DNA of 64,000 bases from Setoptus koraiensis (lineage: Eukaryota; Animalia; Arthropoda), in contig CM106586.1 in NCBI GenBank assembly GCA_048013815.1, forward strand, positions 20,894,001 to 20,958,000, read 5' to 3'. The notes beneath the pieces are model-generated. The model was not told the origin of the DNA. It ran no database searches and was given only the letters and a program-made list of their open reading frames with translations. The translations under genes and the position numbers were made by a program. Of this stretch, positions 51,836 through 64,000 are shown piece after piece (positions within the stretch are counted from its first letter, which is position 1; each line of letters begins with the position of its first letter).

Positions 51836-52940
51836 GCGAGAGCGCGTGGTGGTAATTCCTGGCAGGCCGCAAAATTCTTCGCCAGACCGTCTTATTGTGC
51901 GCATTATTCGCCAGGTCGCGCATCCACACCGACCACTGGCCGGTCATCTGTTTGGTGGGAGTCAAAGATGAGCGAACACAACATGACGACTGACAACATT
52001 GCTGAATGATGATTTACTTTCCATCCGCAACAAAGGAATTCTCGACGAGCAGTCGCAATGCCGGCTCCAGTTGTTCCACATTGGCTCGTTGCACTTGTTG
52101 TTGTTGCTGTCGCTGTTGTTGCTGTTGTTGTTGCTGTTGTTGTTGTTGGCGTCCAATGTGTCCAATTGTTTCCAGCCAACAAACGGCCACACCACGCGTT
52201 TTACCTGGTGGCTCACCAACCATGCCCATTATACTTGTATCGGCAGTGAGCGCCGCCATAAGAGCAACAACAACAACAGGTAATGCTGTTTGCAGCCGGG
52301 CTCCTTTCTAGTTGCCGCCAGTGGTCGTCTCCTCCTTCTTTTTAGCAGCGAAGCCTCTCTGCCGGAGAGTCTCTTTAGAGCTCGGTGCCTGAGAGCCGCA
52401 CAGCAGCCTGAGAAACAACACGTTCGCGTTCGTTGCATGCCGAGCGGCCGCCTCTAACTCCGGGAGCCTCTCACACAACTGGCAGCCAGTGATTTAAAGA
52501 ACTGTTATTGCCGGCATGTTGCTGTCGTTGTTGTTGTTGTTGTTGTGTTTAACATGCCCGTGTCAACCTATTTTGGCCGATGTTAAAATCACCAACCCAC
52601 TAACAGCAAGCTTCGAACGGCCGTTGCGGTGGTCCCAGGCACGCCGAAAGCGCGTACCTGTTGTCGCTGGCCGCTCGCACAATGGCCGCGGCCAGCATTA
52701 ACATATTTGGACAGGCGACTGCTACAGAAACAAATTAGCACCACCCATGCAAGCCAGCGAACAATCAAAGTCACTCAAGCTGTTGGTTGTTCTCGCTGAT
52801 GGCCAATGATGAGAGACTCTCAATAATGAGGGATTGTGCCAGCGATCGAGCACGCTGCCGGCCGTCATGGCCTGGCATCGATTGTCCGGCGCAACTGGCC
52901 CCCTCGATTCGGAATGTTTCTTTTGGACGGCGCTTTTATG

Positions 52941-53000
52941 GGCTCCGCTTGGCTCCGTTTGGCTCCGTTTGGCTCCGTTTGGCTCCGTGTGGCTCCGTTT
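52941..53000. repeat. 10-bp tandem repeat x6 (GGCTCCGTTT)
   Basis: Direct reading. Confidence 0.9.
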
Positions 53001-54376
53001 GGCGGCGGCAGCGCGACGACCTATTGAGCACCTATTGTACATGTTGCATATTATTCAATTTGAGTTCGCCAGCTAACGACCCGAGCGAGTCGTTATTCTC
53101 TTTGCGCTCATTCCACTCCGGCGCTGCTCTCCAAAAGAACAATGATATGCCGTTGCACTCGAAATCGGCCACTTGGTGCACTCGTCGAATCGGGCCAATC
53201 GAATCTGAGTTTAAACAAATCAAAAATAGATTTATTTGCACAACAACAACAACAGCGGCGGCAGCGCCAGCAATCACAACAAGCAAACGAGAGCAACAGT
53301 CTTGTCCGCTCACGCTGTTAGCCGGCGTCGTTGCTGCTGTTGTTGCTGTTGCCATCGTTGCTGTTTGGTTTGCGTCAACACTGCAACTGCGCTCGCCGGA
53401 GAGGGCCCACTCCACTCGAGCCCATGGGAACGCTGACCAGGCTGCCGGGCGGTTGCTCGATCTGACAAGTTTGGGCGAAAGAGTCCGCCAGACAGAGAAC
53501 GTTCCGAGATAACATTTCTTCGCTCTCGCGATCAGCTCTCTTTCACCTGATTGCAACGCCCTCGTTAGCCGCTGCGCCGCTGATTATAGGGTCTTGCACT
53601 TAGCGACGCCATATGCTGCCAGACGATCGCTGCCGGACTATCGCCAGAAGATCGCCTAATGGGTCAGTAGCTGTGATGTTGTTGTTGTTGTTGTTGTCGT
53701 CGATGTTGTTGCTCCAAACTGCCAGCAAACTTTTTAGCTAACAGCTCCACTTTCTATCGGCTACCTGCTCTGTTGGCTGTCAAATGTTGCTGTCGCCGTT
53801 TGGTTCGTTATTTGATCAATGCTGCTGGATATTTGCATTGGCAGTCACCTATCGGGCCTAGACACGCATGCAGCCGGTGACTGGCAGCAGATTGTTATCG
53901 CTGTTGGCTTCGAATTAATTTTAGCATTCCATCACCATGGATACACACACGACCAGCAAACAGAAGCCTGGCCAAACTGGATTAATCCAAGCTAAACTTC
54001 ATGTCTACTGATATCTACTGATATTCACTGATGAACCGATTGGCGCTGCTGTTGTTGTTGTTGTGTGCGCTAATGGCAGAGATGCCGCGCCAGATATGAC
54101 CCGCCACACGAATATCTATCAATTTATCTGGCACTGTGCGCCGTGTGCTTCGCTTGATTGTCGCTGATTATTATTCACTTGCCATCATCCAAACTCCGCT
54201 GTGCAATGCTACGATGCCTCTCACATGCTACGACGATATTATATATTTTATTTATCGGCCATGTCCAGTGGCTGGCCGGCGACGAGACTCTACTGCGGGC
54301 TAGCTGCCAGAAGTCATAGTTGGGCGCCTAAGGGAAACGATTAATTTTTGCCACCATCAGCAATTGAATTAATTCC

Positions 54377-54407
<31 letters not shown>

Positions 54408-57400
54408 GGGCCCATCAATCTTTGACCGGCCAGTACGACCAGTCAACAGCAACAAATTATCTGGACACATTATCGATGGCTTATCAACATGGTCGTCGGG
54501 TGCGCGCTGCCAGCCCTGAGAGCAATGGCCCATGGTCGAGTATGTTACTCAAGTTGCTTCAGACCTCGATTGTCGTCGCAAGATGCAAATTGATTTTGCG
54601 TTAATAATTAATGATCGATTGAATGAACAGACGTCGTTGCGTCATGTGTCGCTGGTGTTGTGTCCATATCCTCTCATAATCATTATTATGCAAATGCTCG
54701 CTCGCTCGTTGTGTGTATGTGTGTGCCCAATGCATCATTAGTGGCACAACAGTGCGCCCTCTAATCGTCGCCGGATTAATCGGGTGCCAATAATCGGAAA
54801 TATAAGTTTATCATTATGAGGCACTCATCGGCACGCGCTCGCAAACTATGAACACTTGGCCCCGCGCCGCGTGCGTACTGCATACTAAGCAAAACTTTTG
54901 CTTTTGCTCGTTTTTGCTCGTTCATTCCTCGGGCCTCGTGTGAGCCCTTTCGTTTTGTTTGATCCGCGTTAGGCCGCCGTCGGCCGGCGCCTCTAAAGCA
55001 AAAATACACATGAGGCGTATATGTGCGCAAATACACAAGGCGCACATACACAAATAAAAACAGATCGACACAAACAGACCGAAGAGGAAACAATGGATTA
55101 ATTATTGAACGGGGGGCCGTGCTCAATATCGTTCGTTGGCCTCTCTTTGTTGCTCGCTGTGTGTTGCATCGCTCATTATCGGCGCCATAACAAACGAAAC
55201 AAAACAGCCAGCACGTGCTTTTGTCGTGTAAGCAATTAATTAGAATATCTCAAATAACATGACTTACATGAACGAAGCAACCAGCGAGTTGCTGCAAACA
55301 TTGTTGCAGCGCCATTGATTTCGATATAATACGATATATGTGCGGAAGCACATTATATCGTTCGTGGGCGCCATTTACGACCGTTGTGGACGCCACCGTC
55401 AACTGTGCTGATTGTGGTCGAATGTGAGCTGTTGCTGCGCCCTAAAACCTTTTATATTATAAATATGGCCAAGCCAGGGGCCAGCAGAGCGCATCCTTGT
55501 GACAGAACGTGTCTTGCTAAATATATACTAGATTATAAATAAATACATGCATATGTGTGTACGATGTAAATTATCCGAGGGTCTCGGCGTTGCTGCAAAA
55601 TCGCACTAGAGCGCAAAATCTGCGCTAGCCCAAGCAGCCCAAGCAGCACCGCCACTGGCCTGGTGGCGCTGCCAGTGGCGACCAAACATGGAATTATTTT
55701 AATGAGATATAAACTATGCATCAAACTAATTATTAATTAGTCGCTGCAGTATAACTGTGCGGCGCATCATGTCACACACACAAATTAATTAGTGTTTGGG
55801 CCTGATTTTCTCGTGTTCACGCATTGCTAGGATTTCATGCCCATGTGACGAGCAACACTCGAGACGGAGTATGCAGCGTGGAGTAACAGCGCAAATTAAA
55901 GAGCCCAACAGCGCTGCAGACGATCCGTCATTTGTGTGCCCGAATTGTTGTGCTCGAACTCGGAGCCGCCAACTTGCGACTGCGAGCCTCGGTCTGCGAA
56001 CCTCGATCGAGTGACTGACGATGCTGAGCTATCGCGATTTGAATGCCGGCACGAAAGAACGAGCGCCAGCTGATGAGGCCGCGTTCCACGGCGTCGTCAG
56101 CGCTGGATTCAATTTATCACTCGCGTTGTTTCACAAAGGCTCGCCCGGTTCATTGTGTCACCGGGGGACAGTCGTTGTTTAAATTGTTGTCTGGCCGCGC
56201 TGCCGGCATTGTGTTGCCGCGGCAACCCGGGTCACAATGGACATAAAGTGGCGCATTGTGCGCCGTTGTTGTCGCTGTTTGCGGTGCCCGTCACGACCCG
56301 AGCAGCAACAGCGGCGACCGAGGGCGCCTGGATTCAATGCGACGCCGCTTAAATTGGCCAACAAGAGTTGCGCTTTTAATAAAAGTTGTCATCCTAACAA
56401 GAAATCTATTTCTTGTGCCGGAAATGAGTGGCAGCGTGTGTGTGTGCGTCCACCTGACGTGATTGTGTTCGCGAATCGCGGATTGCGCCAAACCAACAAC
56501 AAATAGCAACTTGACACGCAATTAGTAGATATGCTCGTCACTGGCGAGCAAGCATCATATTTCCTACTCTAATTAGGCATTAGTTGCCTCGGAGCGCTGC
56601 AAGCGCTTCGTCGGCCCACCATACAATATACAACTGCATAATACAACAACTGTATAAAGGCAACTGACGGACGGCTGCAACGCCGCTGACATCGCTGCCA
56701 GCCAGATGAATGGTGCGTGCTCAGGGGTCATCATCGTGTAATCAATTATGATAATGAGACACACACACACTTGTGCGCTGTTAAAGAAAAAGAACACACT
56801 CGCCGACCTGTGTGTTCTCTCGGAATCTAAATCGATTTTTCTTTCTTCGTCTTCGCTGCCATGATAATATAATAATAATTTGATCTAAGTAGTCAAATGA
56901 ACTTGCGTTCTGTCCTCGTGTGTGTGCGCCGGCCATTGTCAGTGGGCCATTATCACTCGGCGAGCACGGTGGGTCGTTTCATTGAATAGTGGCTCGCTGG
57001 CAATTTATTGCGCCGCCACTTGGCCGCCAGGTTGCCATTGCGAGCGCCACGACCGATGCGATGCGACGCGACGCGAAGCAACAAACGACGATGAAAAAGC
57101 GGCCAGCGACTACAACTAGATAACAGCAAGATAAATAATAGACAAATTCGAGCCAATCGTTTATTTGTGTTTATTTTGCGAACAAGTTCTCAGGCGGGCA
57201 ACGCTCGCATTGTGTGACGCTGATGACCCCGAGTCGTGGACTTGCCCGACAGCGCCGTTTACAGTTTTTGCTAGTTTTTACTAGTGCGCCGCTTGCGAGC
57301 CACTTGGCAGCCAGAGATATCAACTAGTGGCGCAATCACGCCTCGCCCCATTTCTGGCAGTGGCACGCCAAGGAGCGGCCTACTCCTTGCCGCCCGGCAC

Positions 57401-57578
57401 GACCAATGACGCATCGACCGCTACGCCGGGCCGCCGCACTTGCCGCGCTCAGGATGCTGGGAGCGGCCGCCAGAACATCCCTTCCGGTTTCGGCCCACCG
57501 GCGGACGGGCGTTGAGTGTGTTCTCTCTCGACAGAGCCCCGATAAGTGTTTGTTTGTTTTGATTCGATTGAGCGTTCA

Positions 57579-57649
57579 TTCTGGCCGACTCTGGCCGATT
57601 CTGGCCGAACTTTGGCCGAACTTTGGCCGATTCTGGCACACTCTGGCGG
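57579..57649. repeat. 10-11-bp tandem repeat, ~7 copies (TTCTGGCCGA-like)
   Basis: Direct reading. Confidence 0.8.
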
Positions 57650-60060
57650 AGCGTACGTGTTTTTCGGAGCGAGCCGGCCCGCACCGAGCTGCGCGACGGC
57701 CTGCAGATGCCGTGCGTCAGATCAGCTCGCCCGCCCGGCGTTACCTGGCGAGAATCGAGGCCGGCAGCGAGTCTGCTGTGCGTCGCTCGCACACGATGCA
57801 GCCCGCAGCACGTGCAAGTGATGCCGTTCGAAGTTGGCCCAACTTCGAACATGGAAGCTCGAACAACGCGCCGCCGCACGAAACAAACGCCATCGACGAA
57901 CGACCAGCGCCAAGAAGCAAATTAGTAGTTCGAGAAAAGGGTGTGTCCCTCGCCCCTGTACCACACAAGCGCTGGCTCGCTGGCCAGCGCTGACCAGTGG
58001 TCACTCGCTGCTCTGTGTGCGTTCTTTCGTGTTCTTTCTTGTTCGTTCGTGCTCGTTCGTGCTAGTTCGCGCTGTCCAGTGTTGCTTGTTACTTGTGCAT
58101 CGCCTCCACTCGGGCCCATTCATGGAATCAACGCGACGGCGCTCATTGAGAACGATCATGATTTGGCGTAGTTGTTGTCGTGGTTGCTGCCGTAGCTGTT
58201 GCTGCAGTTGTTGTTGTTGTTGCCGTTTCTTTCGCCGCTGTTGGTGTTGTTGCCAATTCTTTCGCTGCTGTTGATGTTGTTGTTGTTGCTTTCGCCGCTG
58301 TTGCCCCGCCGCGTGGCTTATGGGGTGGTCGCTGGCCATGTTGGTGGCCGGAGTCATGCTGATTGCTGTCGGCCGTATGGCACGCATACTTGCTTTGTGC
58401 GACGGCGGCGACGACGGCGACAACGACCATCATGACGCCGATGAATGGACGCACACACACACACACAAACACGGACAAAACGCTCCGCTCGGATAATGAC
58501 GCCGGCCCCCGCGCGCCATCCAAGGACGTGCCGGAGCCACTCATGGCGCACCGTGTTCCGTTTGGCCAGCACACCTCGCCAGCTCGCCGGCTCGCGTCGG
58601 CAGGCCGCCAGCCTCTACTCGGGCCAGCGCCAGCTCGGGCCAACCCCAACTCGAGCCAGCGGAGCCCACGCGTTCGCGGCCTTCGGCCGTGCGGCGGCCA
58701 GCGGTCCAGTTGCCGATCGGACGCTGCGGACGGACCGAGCAGCATCAAATCGATTATCGTGTCCGGCGGTCACGACGATCGCGCGCTCTGGACTCGAAGG
58801 GGTGTGCCCGCGTCGCTGGGCTCACAACTTTTGTCTTATGCGTTTGTTTCCTTTTGTTGTTGGCACTGGCGTGCGATTCAAGTTCGGGCCACAGCGATTT
58901 AGTCTTTTAATTTTAGAGGCAAGGCAACTTTGGGGCAATGCAATTTTGAGGCGTCGCGAGTTTTTTCGGACACAATGCTCACAATGAGCATCGCAAACTG
59001 CACGCCATTTTCGCTGCGGCCTCGTCGGTGCCGACATCGCCGGCGACGGCGACAACGACGCCAAAAGAACAGATGCGCTCAGTTACGCTCAATTGAACCA
59101 AGTACAACAAATGTAATTAGTGGTCGATGATGATGTTGCCACTAATTAGGCGCACATCGGCGGCCGCTGAATCTGGCCCGTTGCGAGTCGCTGTCGGCCG
59201 CCGCTGAGCAAACGCGAAGAATCGGGCGAGTATCGAGCGAACGCAGAGAATGGCGCGAGCATCGAGCGAAACGGCTCGCACAACACGAACGCTCCTGTTC
59301 ATCGCCAGTCCAGTCGGCTGCTGGCCAGCGGCCGGCGAGTCGCTCGAGAGTGACCACGACATGGACGGCGACGCGTTTGACGTTTCTAGCCCGATGATTT
59401 ACTGCCCGGTGGCACCGGCTCAACCTGACGCCGGCCAGCCGCGCGCCGAAGCCGGTCAGCCGCGCGCCAAAGCCCGCTGGCCAGCGGCAGCGCACGAAAA
59501 TGGAGGCGCCAGACGTGACTCGGCGCGCCGCTGCCACTCGTTGCTGGTCGCTGGCGCTTCCGGTGGCGGCCTCCGCGCGGCCAGCGGTTATTGTCAGCGG
59601 GTATTGCGGCCAGCGGTTATTATTGGTTGTTATTAGCAGCGAGCATCCAGTTGTCTGTTTGTGTCGTTTGGTCGTTGCGTTGTGCATCGTTTAATATCCG
59701 CACGACGCAACGCGGCCGCTGCAATAATATTGGTTTTATATTGTATTTTTGCGACGGCCGCCGCCGAGCAATAAAAACAGGTCGCCCATCATTGAGTCGT
59801 TTGTTTGTTTGTTGTTGACGTCTCTTTGTCCGCCGTGCTTCGCGAACGGCAGTCTGACAGCGGCAAGCTTGCGACTGCCGAACTGCGGTCAGCAAGAGCG
59901 CCAACGACGACAATGCTCCCATTAGGCGGCCCGCGACGGCACAGGTGAAGAATGAATATTGTGCGTCCGGCGCGCCGTTGTCGCGCTGATGAATAGATAA
60001 CAATCAAGACATAAATATTTTTATTGGCTCCGTTTCCGCGTTTGTGCCTCGTTTCGGGCC

Positions 60061-60127
60061 GAATGTGCGCGCCGGCAGCGGTCCGAATGTGCGCCGGCAG
60101 CGGTCCGAATGTGTGCGCCGGCAGCGG
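60061..60127. repeat. 22-24-bp tandem repeat x3 (GAATGTGCGCCGGCAGCGGTCC)
   Basis: Direct reading. Confidence 0.85.
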
Positions 60128-62777
60128 GCGCCGCTCGGGTGCGAGCGGGCTGTTGCGCGGGCGACCCATTAATGCGCCGCCATTAGCAGTGTGCACTTGT
60201 TTCAAATGTCCGTTTGTTCTGGCGGCCGCCGACGGCCCATCGGCCGTCAGCGGGCGTCTTGTCGACGCGGCCAGGCTTTTTTTAAATATCCATTAATTAA
60301 TTCCGATCATGCGCGCCGGGCCGACGCTCGGCTCGACACCGACTCGCTTGCGCCAGTTGGACTGGCCGCCGCCGCTCCGCCGTCCGGCCGGCCGGCCCGT
60401 GTCGGCGCGGCTGTCTCGGCGAAGATAACGGCGAGCGCTCGCTCGAGATCGAGTTATGGCCAGTTGTCAGTGGACGGCCGCCGGTCTAATCTGCAAGCCG
60501 CACTCTCGCATGTATCGCGCACATCGCGTATATCGCCATTGCACATGTATCTGTCTATCCATCTATTCATTAGTATTGCTGGCTGGCATGTTTGGCATGA
60601 TTGTATGATTGTGGCACGCGCAATTTACATGGAAATGCCAGTGGCGAGCCAAGGCCGCGCCTAACAGCGCGCATATACAGGTAGCACGTATCCCGTTGCA
60701 GGCCGCAAATGGTATCACGTACCGATCTAGGCGCGCCGCGCAGTCCAGTTATCTGTGTGTTTATCTGGTCCCGGTTGTTGCCGTTGTTGTCGCAGTAGTT
60801 GCTGTTGTTGTTGCAGTATTTGCCGTTGTTGTCGCAGCATTGGCCGTTGTTGTCGCAGTAGTGCTGTCATCGGTGACAAAGTAGCGACAACAAGGCGCCA
60901 GTAGTATCTTGTGCTGTGTCAGTTTTGCTGCTGCCGAGTTACATAATGGCAACACCGCGTGCACGGACAAGTGCAGTCTCGATTATCAGCAGCAGATAAT
61001 CATTTTGCGACACGAGACCAGCCAGCTAGCTCGCCAGCGCGGGATAAACGGGCCAAACGGGCCGAACGGGGGGCCAAGTGGGCGCTGCTCGCGGCTGCCG
61101 AGCGGGGGCCCCAATTCGGCTGTATCGGATAATTTGCTAGAATTATTGTGCTGCGCGCGCCTGTCTTGCCTCGTCGTCTTGGCGCGCGTCCGCCGCTGCT
61201 GATCCGCTTGTGTCGGCGTCCCGATAACAATGACTGCGCCAGGCAATGACTACAAACGCGATGGGGCACGGGCCCCAAACTCGGCGTGTCATATTGCTGC
61301 TGCTGGCTTGCAAAAAGATGGCAAGCCAGCGAGGGCAGCAGCATTAGCTAATACTGGCCGACAGTGGCGGCTAATAGTGGCTGATAGCACACATTAATAG
61401 TGGACCAAGAAGGAGAAGAAAATAAACAAGTTTCACCGCTTCGTGCAAATGTGTCACGTGTGTGCGTGCGTGTGTGTGTGTGCCGGGGCACGCGCATCAT
61501 TGTTACATCATTGGCCAGGTGAGCGAGCATGAGGCAGATGAGGCCAAGATGTTGCGCCCAAATGCCGCCAGAGACACAAGCTCGTGTCGCTCGTCGTGTG
61601 GCCCCATTCTGCTCACAGCTCGCCCATTCTTGTCGCTGCTGTCTGGCTGGCACAGCTCGCTACCTGTTCGCAATCGCTGGCGCCATTTTGGATGCGCCAG
61701 CGACAGTCGGTCTATCCAAATGTCGCTCTATGCACTGTGTATTTTATTTTGTGCCGCGATGAAAAGTTTCACAATATCACACGGCGCCATGTTGCAATTT
61801 CACCTTGCCGTTGTTGTTGCTGTTGCTGCTGCTGCTGTTGTTGGTGCTGCTGCTGTTGTTGTTGTTGGTGTTGTTGTTGGTGCTGCTGCCGCCGTTCAAC
61901 AATTCACAATCGATCATAGCTGCTCTCTGGAGCGTGACTACACCCATACATGCGATGTGGCCCGTTGTACACCTCCGCTACATCGCCACTACATTTGGGA
62001 TCCCAAATGTAGCAACCAACAATGGGCGCATCACTGTTTGCAGCGTAGTCAATTTCCGGTTGACTTGGGAGCCCCCCGCGAGCTTTGCGCTGCACGAACA
62101 GGTATTATTATTGCGCGTTGCGGCAAGTGTGCCGCTCGCATTGTTGTTGTTGCGAGGCGCACAGATTGGCTGAGCGGGCCCACAGCGGCGACCTTTAGCC
62201 GCGTGTTGATACAGTTCACAGCCGGAGTTATTGTTGCCACTGAATGGAATAAAGTATCGCATCCAATCGGATCAGGTGAGACGCAGTCAGTATATCAATA
62301 TATCGAGACGGAGCGCTATCTCGCCGCCATCTCGCCGCCATCCAGCCGCCATCCAGCGGCCACAGATACAGCCGATTCCGAGCCGATTTCGGGCCGATTT
62401 CAGCTGCATCGACCGTCCAAATATGAACGGTTAGTGGGGCGATCGGCCGAAAAAAACGATAAGATCAGCGGCAGTTTGCTGCTGCGGCCGGCCGACGTGT
62501 GCGCAGAGCCCGGCCCAGCGTCGTTGGCACGTCGGGCGATTCTGGCGAGCTAGCCAGCGAGAGGCAGCCTCGGCCTGGCGATGAGCAGCGTCGACGAGTG
62601 GGCGGCCGGCGCACGGCGCCACCAGAAAAGAATGCCCTCGGTAGTGCGAGGCCGGGCGAGTCGCATTGCGACTCGCCCGACTGCGAAATGCGCACTCGGA
62701 CAAAATGCGACTGGCGCTCCCTCGCGAGTCGCGAGGACACCAGCCGAGCTGTCGGGGCGAGCGTGATTTTGATTTTT

Positions 62778-62850
62778 GAGCGCAACTCTGGCGATCGAGC
62801 GAGACTCCGGCGATTGAGCGAGACTCTGGCGATCGAGCGAAACTCTGGCG
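62778..62850. repeat. 19-bp tandem repeat x4 (GAGCGAGACTCTGGCGATC consensus)
   Basis: Direct reading. Confidence 0.85.
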
Positions 62851-64000
62851 CAAAACTGTGTTCGAACGTCAGCCGCTCCGGCGCATCAAAGGCTCATCGT
62901 TGGCCGCACACCGCAACGAGGGTGTCGCTGAGCACACAAACAACAATGAGCCGTGTCAATTATTGTGCAAATTGCATATTGTTCGGGCATGTGAGGGGCG
63001 GCCCGGGCCGCGATCGGGCTCATTAGCGTGTCGGCCGAACAGCAAGCTCGAAGCCCCAAAGAGATTGCAAATTGCAACAATTGCTCCATTCTTCTGGCGA
63101 GCGAGCTCTCTCTTTCTCTGGCTGGCACTGGCATGTTGAATGGGAATCGCGAATTTGCGCGTCGTGTGTGTCGCTGTGTCGGTCGGCGCACCGCCGAGAC
63201 GGCGTCTTGTCCATCACATGGCCGACATGTTATATATGTTATATTATACATCACGGCGCGCTAGCAAGCGTGTTGCCATATATCACCATTGTCGCTATGG
63301 CGACGTCGTAAGGTTGCGTCGTGTGGTGGCGTCGTACGGTTGCGTCGTTGCGGAGCTGGATTGCGGGGGCGTCCGTCGGTGCGACTTGTGAGTGGCGCGG
63401 CCAGCTGCCGGATATCGCTGGCCGGCCCGAGCGGCACAAAGAGTGGCGGGCACAAAGAGCGCGGCGAGGTGTCGGGCACAACAATAAACATTGGCCGCAA
63501 TGGGCACCGTCGGACAGCCGAGGGAGTGTAGAGAGTGGCAACGTTTGAAATGGTATAGACAATTGATTGCATTGTCTGTCTGATTCGCTGTGCTGTCGTG
63601 GTTGCTGTTGTTGTTGTTTGCGCTGGCGTGTCAGCTCCATAAAGCACGCAACTCGACTGGCGCTAATCGATAATCAGTGTATCGCCGTCGGTGTCGGTCA
63701 GCAAACCATCACTCACGGCCCTCGCCGTGAGTGTGTGTGTGTGCGTGTGTGTGTTGCCAGTGAGCGAGATCGCTCAATCGCAGCATCACTAATGATTGCG
63801 CAACGTCCGTCCATTTGCGAGCCGCTTGTTTGGAGCGCGTGCCGCTGACTCACCGTGAGCGGCTCGGCCGGGCCGACACAGCACCGTGTTATGACACAGC
63901 GGGCCCGACTGGCCGGCTTGTGGATGCGCCCGTATTTGGGCCCGATTCGTTGGCGCGGGCCAGCGCATCGTCGGCATCGTCAGCATCGTCGGCAGCGTCG

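Noticed and set aside
52787-63640. Long GC-rich ORFs (52787-53512, 57406-57993, 58143-58748, 59142-59687, 61462-62553 etc.)
   Set aside because: No recognisable domains, open in several frames on both strands at once, built from microsatellites; expected in GC-rich, stop-poor non-coding DNA

Overview
Eukaryotic animal genomic DNA: spliceosomal introns, Q/N/H-rich proteins, dense microsatellites and no visible CpG depletion. An arthropod such as a mite is plausible, but that is inference. Only two protein-coding genes are supported, both in the first 10.4 kb and convergent. (1) The terminal coding exon of a Vsx/Chx10/ceh-10 paired-like homeobox gene (+, 2961-4178; homeodomain helix 3 plus CVC domain); its upstream exons lie outside the window. 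(2) A two-exon low-complexity gene (-, 10390-9477 joined to 7747-5707, about 984 aa) with a coiled coil and a ~100-aa basic C-terminal domain, possibly a diverged BEN-solo-type regulator. Its intron has a distant branch point and a 163-nt AG-free zone. A ~425-bp MITE-like foldback element lies between the two 3' ends. From ~11.3 kb to the end (~52 kb) I find no recognisable coding exon; the listed ORFs there are mostly microsatellite translations. This region looks like a large regulatory or intronic domain. It holds candidate + strand leader exons, many short minisatellites, inverted-repeat-flanked tandem arrays and a recurring palindrome GASTCA-N7-TGASTC. No rRNA, tRNA, CRISPR array or recognisable conserved miRNA was found. 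I could not identify a clear-cut novel multi-gene system; the findings are hypotheses to test.
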